DNA of 64,000 bases from the IMG/VR virus record IMGVR_UViG_3300045012_000181, positions 1 through 64,000 of that record; one strand, written 5' to 3'. The position numbers and the translations under genes are program-made. Position 1 is the stretch's first letter. Every line of letters starts with the position of its first letter. Below the pieces are notes generated by a model. It did no database searches. It was not told the DNA's origin and saw nothing but the letters and a program-made list of their open reading frames with translations. Below, one piece after another: positions 1-7,404 of the stretch. Origin of the DNA: a virus.

Positions 1-726
1 TTCCTCCTGTGTTAGACCGTCTTGGAGCATCTTGGCGATGGCCCTATCGGTGCCATCCAGGCTTTTTAACCACTCGTCAAATAACAGGCGCTTCTCCGCG
101 GTGAGCTCCTTAGAGGCCCCCAGGGTATTTTCATCCAACTCCACGTGTCTGAAGTGGCCCTTGGAGGTTTTCCATAATCTGAGGGCATCCTGAACATTGG
201 TGCGCACGATTATTGTTACGAAGGTCTTAAAATTGGTGCGTGTACTGTCGAAGTCCTTGAGGCGTTGCCAGATTTCTAAGAGGCTCTCGGAGATGGCATC
301 TTCAATATTTGAGAAGGTGAAGTCATCCGGAGCATTCCGGCGCACCAGGGCTTGGGCGAAGCGCTTCAGGGCCTCGTAGAAATCATCCTCATGAAGACTG
401 CCGGCCTTATAGCGCTCATAGGCCTCGTCTACACCCAAGGTCTTTCGGCGGCGGACTTCGAGCATGTGGGCCTTTCGAGAGAGCATTTCCGAGGCGACAT
501 CCTCTTGGAGCTCCCCGGCATCCACGGCCCGGTCCAAGGCGTATTCCAACTCATTTATGCAGCTTCGGAAGCGTTCAGAGGGGCTGTGCTGAGAGGCCCA
601 TTCCTCCTGAGAAAAATTCACTTGGCCATATTCCAGGAATCGGATACCGATACAGTGCGGTTTGTCAAACAAGACGGTGCCTTTACCCCATTGGGGGTGT
701 ATTACGGTGGAGCCTGAGGGGAGCAT
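1..726 (-). CDS. ECF/sigma-70-family RNA polymerase sigma factor with N-terminal Tudor-like extension (partial; runs off the window start)
   Basis: Manual translation from ATG at 726 (RBS AAGGA) is open to base 1. Region-2-like NIEDAISESLLEIWQRLKDFDSTRTNFKTFVTIIVRTNVQDALR and region-4-like WLKSLDGTDRAIAKMLQDGLTQEE. Not in the ORF track because it has no stop inside the window. Confidence 0.8.
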   Translation of the reverse strand, partial: MLPSGSTVIHPQWGKGTVLFDKPHCIGIRFLEYGQVNFSQEEWASQHSPSERFRSCINELEYALDRAVDAGELQEDVASEMLSRKAHMLEVRRRKTLGVDEAYERYKAGSLHEDDFYEALKRFAQALVRRNAPDDFTFSNIEDAISESLLEIWQRLKDFDSTRTNFKTFVTIIVRTNVQDALRLWKTSKGHFRHVELDENTLGASKELTAEKRLLFDEWLKSLDGTDRAIAKMLQDGLTQEE

Positions 727-931
727 GCGGGTCCTTTAGGTGGGATGTCTCAGAGGTGGGATTGCGGTAGTAACTGAGGTTGCGAATTTTCTCTAGCGGA
801 ATAAAACCGGCCTTGCGCAGGCAGATATGACCCCGCCTGTCACAGGGCTTCCAGTGGTCATCGAATTTGTAACCGGAACGCATTATAACGAAGATGTGCG
901 CCCCGGTGGGGAAGTGCGTGTGTAGGTGCAT
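683..931 (-). CDS. hypothetical phage protein
   Basis: GGAGG RBS before ATG, same strand as neighbours. Confidence 0.5.
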   Translation of the reverse strand: MHLHTHFPTGAHIFVIMRSGYKFDDHWKPCDRRGHICLRKAGFIPLEKIRNLSYYRNPTSETSHLKDPHAPLRLHRNTPPMG

Positions 932-1089
932 GGAATTGGCGCCTCCGTAAGCCTCCCGCCACAGATACTACAGGTTCCGGCGTCGCCGCCTAGGGCCTCA
1001 AATATGTATTGGTCATACCACTGGTGCTGTATGCGGCAAAGCAAGTTGCGAGCGGCCAGTTTTAGGAGGGGGTCTTCAACCAAGGTCAT
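883..1089 (-). CDS. hypothetical protein with CxxC
   Basis: ORF track, packed between neighbours. Confidence 0.4.
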   Translation of the reverse strand: MTLVEDPLLKLAARNLLCRIQHQWYDQYIFEALGGDAGTCSICGGRLTEAPIPCTYTRTSPPGRTSSL

Positions 1090-1282
1090 CTCCGCAATTT
1101 AGGCAGTGCATGTCCGGTTCCCATCCACCAGGGTTATAGAACACCACACCCCCCGGGTGGCCTTTGGATCGGCACTTAATGACACGGAGACGCCAAAAAG
1201 GCTCGTCGTTGTATCGAACGCCTTTCATGGGCCCTAGCAGGTAGCGCCACCAGTCGCGTGTTAGCCAGTAAGGTAGGTACAT
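1076..1282 (-). CDS. hypothetical phage protein (Cys-rich C-terminus)
   Basis: ORF track, tight packing. Confidence 0.55.
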   Translation of the reverse strand: MYLPYWLTRDWWRYLLGPMKGVRYNDEPFWRLRVIKCRSKGHPGGVVFYNPGGWEPDMHCLNCGDDLG

Positions 1283-1283
1283 T

Positions 1284-1454
1284 TCAGTCGGCGTAGGCGT
1301 CTTCTAAAACGGCTTGGTAGCACTTTTTGCAAACGCGGGCGTTCTCGTACATGTAGCCGCCCATTTCGGGTCCGCGGGGGTCGGGCACGGTGCGGTATAC
1401 CCTGTATTTCGCCGGATGTTTCTTACAGAATTCGCAGCGAGGTTTTCTCTTCAC
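1284..1454 (-). CDS. small Zn-finger-like protein
   Basis: CEFC...CKKC. GTG start overlaps the upstream TGA (GTGA coupling). Confidence 0.55.
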   Translation of the reverse strand: MKRKPRCEFCKKHPAKYRVYRTVPDPRGPEMGGYMYENARVCKKCYQAVLEDAYAD

Positions 1455-1669
1455 TTGTTGAACCAATGCACATAACCATAGCCGTTATTCAGCACATGGC
1501 CGGCCAGGGCCTCGGAGGGCTTTGCGGGGGCCTCGTGGTCGTAGTGCGTGGGCGTGCCATAATATCCGGAACCGTCATCGTCGACGAAATAGCCCTTGCG
1601 TACGGCCTCCACGAATTCCTTCACGGGCATGAGCTCCGTTATGCTGGCGTTGAAGGGATGTAGTTTCAT
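1451..1669 (-). CDS. hypothetical phage protein
   Basis: Coupled ORF, natural composition (FVDDDGSGYY...VHWFNK). Confidence 0.6.
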   Translation of the reverse strand: MKLHPFNASITELMPVKEFVEAVRKGYFVDDDGSGYYGTPTHYDHEAPAKPSEALAGHVLNNGYGYVHWFNK

Positions 1670-1935
1670 AGATTGGGGTAACTCGGGCGCAGGTGGCGTT
1701 CCAGTCCTCGGCGAAACAACTCCCGGCGAATCTGCTGCTGTCCCCTCTGAGAGCGCGTTCGGGAGAGCATTCGGGCAATGTTTATAAGGTGCTTGTCCGA
1801 GAGCTCCTGGAGGGGCGTAAGGGAACCGTCCTTGGAGCGCCAGGCATTGGCCGTGCAGAGGAAGCCCTCTCGGGGCCTTCGGGGCTTGGACCTACTGGAG
1901 CGGTGCCACCAGGTTTCGAGTTCTTGGGTGTCCAT
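1666..1935 (-). CDS. hypothetical phage protein
   Basis: Coupled ORF containing WRSKDGSLTPLQELSDKHLINI. Confidence 0.6.
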   Translation of the reverse strand: MDTQELETWWHRSSRSKPRRPREGFLCTANAWRSKDGSLTPLQELSDKHLINIARMLSRTRSQRGQQQIRRELFRRGLERHLRPSYPNL

Positions 1936-1959
1936 TGTGTATTAGCTGTGTAAAGGGCC

Positions 1960-2098
1960 TACTAGCCGACACTTTAAGGCGAGCTATTTCCAAACGCGCA
2001 GCGGCTCGCACCAGGTTGAGAGGTCGGAAAACTCAGAGCCTGGATTTCTTCACTGGGTCTGGCCTCTTATTGGCTCGCCAAAAGAGTGTCGGCTAGTA
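1960..2098. ncRNA. candidate 139-nt rod-like structured RNA
   Basis: Perfect 14-bp terminal inverted repeat (1960-1973 / 2085-2098) enclosing further nested stems, fully intergenic. Confidence 0.45.
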
Positions 2099-2115
2099 AG
2101 ATTGAAAAATTGTTG

Positions 2116-2394
2116 TTAAACAACCTGCCCCATCGAGCGCGGCTCCTGATTTTTGAAGCTACAAAGCCTTATGAGCTCCTGGCGCTTGACCTTCAGACCC
2201 AGCCAGCAGGCCCTGTGCATCCACTTGTGCTCGAAGCCCGTGTACTTGGCCCAACCATATTCCCACTTGTCCATGTCCGGGAGCCAGTAGACGGCCTCCC
2301 GAAGTTGTTGGAAGGACATGGGCTCCTGACAGGCCTCACAAAGCGCGACGTTGTAGTCTACGGCTGGATATCGGCGTCGGTGGCGTTTAGACAT
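2116..2394 (-). CDS. hypothetical protein (CxxC)
   Basis: ORF overlapping the stop of the DHH gene. Confidence 0.5.
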   Translation of the reverse strand: MSKRHRRRYPAVDYNVALCEACQEPMSFQQLREAVYWLPDMDKWEYGWAKYTGFEHKWMHRACWLGLKVKRQELIRLCSFKNQEPRSMGQVV

Positions 2395-3364
2395 TGGTTC
2401 TCCCTAGGATTTCATCAAGGGTCTTGCGGGCCTCTGGCAGAGGCAGCTGAAATCCCGCGGCATTGCGATGTCCACCTCCGTTGAAGGCCTTGGCTATCTC
2501 GGAGACATCCATGTTACCGTTCCCACGCAGTGAGAACTGCACAACACCATCCCCGCGTTCAAACCATGTCAGGCTGACGCCGTGGGCTTTGGCCAGTTCG
2601 TTACCAACCTCAGAACAGTTCAAATAGGGGACGTTGAGAACGGCTGTATTGAAACTACGCAGCACGCCCACCCGGGCGTGCTTCACGGCCTCCCGCACAT
2701 AGTGTTCTACGTGCGATAGAGCGCCAACACCCAGCTGTATAGCTCGGGCCTGATCGAAGCCCTGTTGGTCCAGCGTGTCCCAGGCCTCCTTGGTGTGCGG
2801 GAGGGTCATGAGGTAGGCGTTGATTTCCCGGGAGTGCGAAAGTTTCCAGTTCCACAAATCCCGGTCCTCTACATAGTTTACGTACCACGGGCGTTCTTGG
2901 AACTTCTCACCATAAGGTCCCATGGAGTCCTTGCCAAACAGAAAGTCCCAGGCCAATCCGGCCCCACTGCGAGCCATGTCAAAAGTGGCATAAGGAGCGC
3001 CCTCCAAAACCGTCTGCGCGGTCCTGTGATGATCCAGAATTCGAAAAGACTTGGCCAGATTCGCCATCCTATCATTCTGCTCGCGAGTACGCCACGAGAA
3101 GTCCACCACCAGAACATTGCGGCCTTCTACGGCTTCATAGGGAGGTTCCAGGCCGTGGTCCCGAGCCAGTAACTGCGCATTGGGATATCTCTTGGCGGCC
3201 ACGAAGGCCGCACACCAGCCATCGGGACAGGCATTGTGGTAGATAATCAAGCCCACTTGAGGCTCTTTTCCTACCAAAGGGTCGCACTTAGGACAAGTGC
3301 CTTCGCCCTCGCGTCTAAACTTGCCCACGCCGGCACCGCAATGCTCACAAAATTCGCTCACCAA
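2387..3364 (-). CDS. DHH/DHHA1 phosphoesterase (NrnB-like) with N-terminal Zn ribbon
   Basis: YHNACPDG, DFS, LDHH, EDRDLW, FSLR and GGGHRNAAGF motifs. Confidence 0.88.
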   Translation of the reverse strand: MVSEFCEHCGAGVGKFRREGEGTCPKCDPLVGKEPQVGLIIYHNACPDGWCAAFVAAKRYPNAQLLARDHGLEPPYEAVEGRNVLVVDFSWRTREQNDRMANLAKSFRILDHHRTAQTVLEGAPYATFDMARSGAGLAWDFLFGKDSMGPYGEKFQERPWYVNYVEDRDLWNWKLSHSREINAYLMTLPHTKEAWDTLDQQGFDQARAIQLGVGALSHVEHYVREAVKHARVGVLRSFNTAVLNVPYLNCSEVGNELAKAHGVSLTWFERGDGVVQFSLRGNGNMDVSEIAKAFNGGGHRNAAGFQLPLPEARKTLDEILGRTNV

Positions 3365-3585
3365 GCCTCCATATCCCAGTCCTCGTCTGTAGCTGGCGCC
3401 AAAGTCCAGTCCTTACCCCGGATGCTGCTAAGAAGCAGAATTTCACACATAGGCCCCTGGGGCGTCTGGATATCAGCCAAGGGTGAGATGGCCGACCAAG
3501 CAGATGGCCCACCGGGTACGGCGCCCATTTTCAACAAGACCTCCTTGCCCCGTCGGACCTCCAGATACAGTTCAATAGGTTGCAT
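3358..3585 (-). CDS. hypothetical protein
   Basis: ATG at 3585 overlaps the end of the upstream ORF. Confidence 0.45.
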   Translation of the reverse strand: MQPIELYLEVRRGKEVLLKMGAVPGGPSAWSAISPLADIQTPQGPMCEILLLSSIRGKDWTLAPATDEDWDMEAW

Positions 3586-3760
3586 CGAAGGTGCCCTCGC
3601 TCTCGCTGTCCCACTTCCACAGTTCCAGCTGTTGGATGTAGTCAAATCCTACATCAAAGCCGTCCTTCATGAGCTCTTCGTAGACCGCCGTCCACTTGTG
3701 TTGAGCGGCCTGTTGTAGCAGTTGTTCGTAGGCCTGTTCTTGGGTGAGTTCCTGCATCAT
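3572..3760 (-). CDS. hypothetical acidic protein
   Basis: GGAGG RBS, ORF track. Confidence 0.55.
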   Translation of the reverse strand: MMQELTQEQAYEQLLQQAAQHKWTAVYEELMKDGFDVGFDYIQQLELWKWDSESEGTFDATY

Positions 3761-3861
3761 GCTATCCTCCTAGTGCCGCAATCAGCCACATAATAGACAT
3801 GTCCACAATGTCGTCCTCATCGGGTGCTTCTAAAGGGCTGGATTCCGTGGGCGCGTCCACT

Positions 3862-4432
3862 TCAGTCTCCCAGGCCCGTGGCCAAATACTTCTTAGGATG
3901 GTCCACGAACTTATCAAACTCGACAGGGTAATAGCCCGTGTACTCGATGGCCAACAGGCGCTGCCACTCATGGCGAAGTTTGATGGGTGGCAAAGATGAG
4001 CGTTCTTCAAGTTTATTGCCGTCAACATCTCGAATGTGAAAGCCGTGCCAGATGTTATGTAGATGCCCGTGGATATTGAGCTTGCAGCCGTCGGCCAGAC
4101 TCGTTGAGGGCTCGTGCGTGAGCCAGCAATTGCGGAACTTCATGCCATCACAAGCGAAATCGAATCCGGCCGTCATCCACCTATCGCAGGACCATTGCCT
4201 GTCGTGGTTGCCGCGCACAAGGGCCTTGCGCCCCGGCAGGCTCTTGAGGATGTCCTCGATATCGTGCTTCTTGTGCAGGATGACATCACCAAGGTGGATT
4301 ACGAGGTCTTCGGGCTTGACGGTGGCCTTCCAATTGGCGAGAATGCGTTCCGTAAAATCAGCCGGGCGATCACAATACGTCGCAATATTGGCGTGATTAA
4401 AGATGCGTGTCAGTTATGAGATAAACCTGCAC
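3862..4432 (-). CDS. calcineurin-like metallophosphoesterase interrupted by a +1 frameshift at codon 11
   Basis: AAGGAG RBS and GTG at 4432 give VYLITDTHL then TAA. The +1 frame continues NHANI...HLGDVI...RGNHD...THEP...NIHGHLH. Confidence 0.8.
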
Positions 4433-4441
4433 GGAACTCCT

Positions 4442-5746
4442 TTAGGTATCAAGATATTGTTCGGCGGCTTTATACTTCCGTAGGCTCTCTGGGGTTCGCC
4501 CAATCACGTGCAAGTCGAAAAAGTCACAGCGCTCCCAGCCCCTCTTGCAGGCATTCATGTTGGCGGGCCACCAGTTTTGTTTCCGGTGCTCTTCTATACG
4601 GTCGGCCACATAATTCACGTTTCGAATGGCCTCGGCTAGCGCATCCGGTGTGCTGCTAATATCATCGATGCGATAGAAGATAGTGGGGCGTCGGGCCTTA
4701 GGGCTCTGTCGACTAACCACGTCGACCGTAAGGCGGGACACACGCTGTTCCGGGTACAGCGCGCCAAGTGCGTACAGATAAATTTTCGCTTGAGTGCGTC
4801 CGGACCAATCCTCGCGAGTGTTGTAGCCCTGTCGGGACTCCGTTTTGGTGTCAAACGGCCCGATAGTCCCATCAGGGTATCGAACCACTGCGTCAAGCTT
4901 AACGACGAGTTCGTGTTGGGTGAAGGTTGTTCCGCATTGCTGGCAGGTTCGTTGGTCGGTGCCCAAGTCGGGTCGAGATTCTCCCTGACCAGCGCATTGT
5001 GGGCAAGGCCGCCGTAGGGGTATGGCATGTGTGCGCTCGGATTCGAGGTATTCGAGGTCTTTGACCCAATGGGCCTCGTAGGCCGCGAGTGTGGATTGCG
5101 CTTCGGCTTCGAGGCTTTCGTCGGCGGATTCGGGTCCGGGCTGGAAATATCCTTCGGGAAGTTGAACCCTCCGAGATCCCAGTTCTCCGCTTGGAGGAGC
5201 TTGACTTGTTCCGGATGTAGGACTATCTTGGGCACTGCTGGCGGAGGGGGCATGGGCGTCCATTTCACGTTGTAGGTGGGCCATTCCGGCGGCGTCTCCG
5301 TGTCGTAGCTGAACTTCATGACTTGGCCCAACTCCCCCGGATGGGGATTCGCTGGCTTGGGCGGGCTGGGTGGGTGTAGGGTCCTCCAACCGGCCTTGTA
5401 AGAGCTCCAGCCCTGTTCGGTGTGGCGCTTTAGCTCCTCCCGGGTCAACTCCACTTTGTCTCCCGGTAGATGTGGTTGAGGGTCCAAGGGGGCGTAATCC
5501 CAGTCGTACCAGTCGGCGCTCGTGGAGGAGCTGGTGGAATCGGGTGCCGAAGTCGATGCCTTCGGACTCTCGGACGAGTCGGATACCGCGGGGGGCGTTG
5601 TTGAGGATTGGGAGGGTTTGGGCTCCGGCTCCATCCACCCCCATTTGGATAAGTTGTACCAGGTCATCGTTCGGGGCCTCGTATCGCTCAAAGTAAAGTT
5701 GCCCACACTTCATGTAGGCAGTAAACATGCTATTGTCGATACGCAC
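4442..5746 (-). CDS. PD-(D/E)XK exonuclease (Cas4/AddB-like) with a large internal insertion and a Zn ribbon
   Basis: N-terminal NSMFTAYMKC, FGTRFHQLLH, KLDAVV...FDTKT catalytic motif, C-terminal ACKRGWERCDF, CPQC/CQQC ribbon. Confidence 0.8.
   Translation of the reverse strand: MRIDNSMFTAYMKCGQLYFERYEAPNDDLVQLIQMGVDGAGAQTLPILNNAPRGIRLVRESEGIDFGTRFHQLLHERRLVRLGLRPLGPSTTSTGRQSGVDPGGAKAPHRTGLELLQGRLEDPTPTQPAQASESPSGGVGPSHEVQLRHGDAAGMAHLQREMDAHAPSASSAQDSPTSGTSQAPPSGELGSRRVQLPEGYFQPGPESADESLEAEAQSTLAAYEAHWVKDLEYLESERTHAIPLRRPCPQCAGQGESRPDLGTDQRTCQQCGTTFTQHELVVKLDAVVRYPDGTIGPFDTKTESRQGYNTREDWSGRTQAKIYLYALGALYPEQRVSRLTVDVVSRQSPKARRPTIFYRIDDISSTPDALAEAIRNVNYVADRIEEHRKQNWWPANMNACKRGWERCDFFDLHVIGRTPESLRKYKAAEQYLDT
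4636..5706 (-). CDS. overlapping same-strand ORF in the +1 frame of the exonuclease (possible nested gene)
   Basis: 356 open codons. Between about 5140 and 5520 this frame, not the nuclease frame, shows the G/C-rich third positions of real genes here. Confidence 0.4.
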   Translation of the reverse strand: MGNFTLSDTRPRTMTWYNLSKWGWMEPEPKPSQSSTTPPAVSDSSESPKASTSAPDSTSSSTSADWYDWDYAPLDPQPHLPGDKVELTREELKRHTEQGWSSYKAGWRTLHPPSPPKPANPHPGELGQVMKFSYDTETPPEWPTYNVKWTPMPPPPAVPKIVLHPEQVKLLQAENWDLGGFNFPKDISSPDPNPPTKASKPKRNPHSRPTRPIGSKTSNTSNPSAHMPYPYGGLAHNALVRENLDPTWAPTNEPASNAEQPSPNTNSSLSLTQWFDTLMGLSGRLTPKRSPDRATTLARIGPDALKRKFICTHLARCTRNSVCPALRSTWLVDRALRPDAPLSSIASMILAAHRMR

Positions 5747-6137
5747 GTTTTAACCTCTTCATTTCTAGGACGAGGCGTGCGCGTTGCTGCAATTCCCTTG
5801 AGGTTAGTTTGGTATTCTTTTTGTGTACGCCCTTCCTAAATTGGAAAGCCAAAAGGACTTGGGGCTTCTTTATAACGCAATGCGGAAGTACTGCTCTCAA
5901 AAATAGCTCGGCCGTCTTGTTGGTGACAGTCCAGACAAACACACGACTATCGGGCTTGAAATGTACACTACCGCGAAAGCGGTATTTGAACATTTTAAGA
6001 ACGCCCTCATGTTGATTAGCAACGGAGACAGACAGAGTGTACTCGCGATTGCGACCGTTTCTAAAGTTTCTAGAATGCAGGCTTACACAACCTTCTCCAT
6101 CGAACAAACCGGCCAAGTAACGGATATCCGGCTTCAC
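5730..6137 (-). CDS. LAGLIDADG homing endonuclease (single motif, free-standing)
   Basis: YLAGLFDGEGCV motif, WTVTNKTAELFLRAVLPHCVIKKPQ. GTG start coupled to the upstream TGA. Confidence 0.9.
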   Translation of the reverse strand: MKPDIRYLAGLFDGEGCVSLHSRNFRNGRNREYTLSVSVANQHEGVLKMFKYRFRGSVHFKPDSRVFVWTVTNKTAELFLRAVLPHCVIKKPQVLLAFQFRKGVHKKNTKLTSRELQQRARLVLEMKRLKRAYRQ

Positions 6138-6415
6138 GGTATCACCTGCACTTTGGTGACGCACCCACGGGGCAGGATTAGCAAATCCATCAAGCCCAGT
6201 GTGCTATCCAGCGGGCCCATGGGGCTAATGGTGTGCGCCAGTGTGAGCGCCTCCGGTCCAACTCCAACCAACACGCCATAAGAGATTTGCAAGCGCGGTG
6301 AGCTATCCACGCCTTCGCCCTCGTGTAGCCAGTGCCAGCCCTTTAGCGAAGTGGTATCAAGCCATTCCACACGGACTGCGGTATTCAAAGCAGGCAACTT
6401 CACAGAGGATTTCAA
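6134..6415 (-). CDS. hypothetical phage protein
   Basis: VRVEWLDT...GW...SYGVLV...LILPRGCV pattern typical of small phage proteins. Confidence 0.65.
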   Translation of the reverse strand: MKSSVKLPALNTAVRVEWLDTTSLKGWHWLHEGEGVDSSPRLQISYGVLVGVGPEALTLAHTISPMGPLDSTLGLMDLLILPRGCVTKVQVIP

Positions 6416-6451
6416 TACGGGGCTCCAGTACTGCGGGGATTTTTAGCGAGG

Positions 6452-6477
6452 AAAAGGCAGACTTTGCCCGGTCTGCC
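6452..6477 (-). terminator. rho-independent terminator
   Basis: GGCAGAC/GTCTGCC stem followed by TTTT on the minus strand, downstream of the 6519 stop. Confidence 0.6.
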
Positions 6478-6518
6478 AGCGGGAAGGAAGGTGAGGCCGA
6501 TGCAACTACAACTACACT

Positions 6519-7400
6519 CTAGGAAAGTACGCCCTTGCTGAAATCGGGCATCCAGTCCTTGAAAATATTCAAGTCGAAATTGTGCGGACACTTTTGCACG
6601 TCGGTGAGCAGTTTGCGCACCGTGCCCCGAGCCTCAAAATTGTGACCCAGTTTGTAGTCCTCGGCGCTGTAGAAACGCTTCCAGCCGTTGGGGAAGGGCG
6701 TCCCACGGGGCAACCAGCCCACGGTCAGATAGCTCTTTCGCTCGCCGGCGTCGTGCGCCTTAATGGCCGCCAGGCCAGCCCGACCATCTACACCGCAATT
6801 GTTGAGCCCAACGGAATCAGCGGGTGAGCCAATGTTCTTGGGCCCCGAAGGGCCTTGGACCTTCCACCAGACATGTTCGTAGTGCTCGTGGCGGTCGGGT
6901 ATTCCGGGATGGCAACGTTCCTTGCTCGTCGCGGCCTTATAGCCCGGATGTAATTGGCAGCTATCCTCCAGCAACTGAAAGCCCCGGCTCTTCAAGAGGC
7001 AGGCATTCTGGTACTGCGAGAAATAGGTGGGCGTGGTGCTCAGGATGACGCAATCCTTCAAATCCGCCAAGGTGGCATCCAAGGCACGTTCCTGAAAGGC
7101 CTGCGAGCGCACCAGACTTCGGGGCCATTGCGCCTTGGCGTAGCCCCGCGCCTTGAGCTGATGGACTTGCTGGCGGGCCCAAATCTCGCCGAAGCCCACA
7201 AAATATCCCAGATACCAGACGCCCTCGCAGAGCTTGCTGACATTCTGTCTCTGGTCCACGTAGGATATATAGAGTCCTTCCAACTCGTCCACGGTGGGCT
7301 CCTGGGATTCTGGTGGTGTCGGTACAGCCGGAACGGCCTTGGTGGTATTATATGCGATACCGCCGAGATTGAAATATCCCGTACTGACGTTCAGACGCAT
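6519..7400 (-). CDS. hypothetical protein, paralog of 7405-8241, possibly degenerate GNAT-like
   Basis: Shares ordered blocks with 7405 (LKSRGF/LKAAGW, NNCGV/KSCGI, FPNGWKRF/WPKGWNAF). Confidence 0.65.
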   Translation of the reverse strand: MRLNVSTGYFNLGGIAYNTTKAVPAVPTPPESQEPTVDELEGLYISYVDQRQNVSKLCEGVWYLGYFVGFGEIWARQQVHQLKARGYAKAQWPRSLVRSQAFQERALDATLADLKDCVILSTTPTYFSQYQNACLLKSRGFQLLEDSCQLHPGYKAATSKERCHPGIPDRHEHYEHVWWKVQGPSGPKNIGSPADSVGLNNCGVDGRAGLAAIKAHDAGERKSYLTVGWLPRGTPFPNGWKRFYSAEDYKLGHNFEARGTVRKLLTDVQKCPHNFDLNIFKDWMPDFSKGVLS

Positions 7401-7404
7401 GCTC

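Noticed and set aside
5730-6164. Group I intron or intein hosting the LAGLIDADG ORF
   Set aside because: The ORF overlaps both neighbouring genes, leaving no intron core sequence, and no intein terminal motifs are present.
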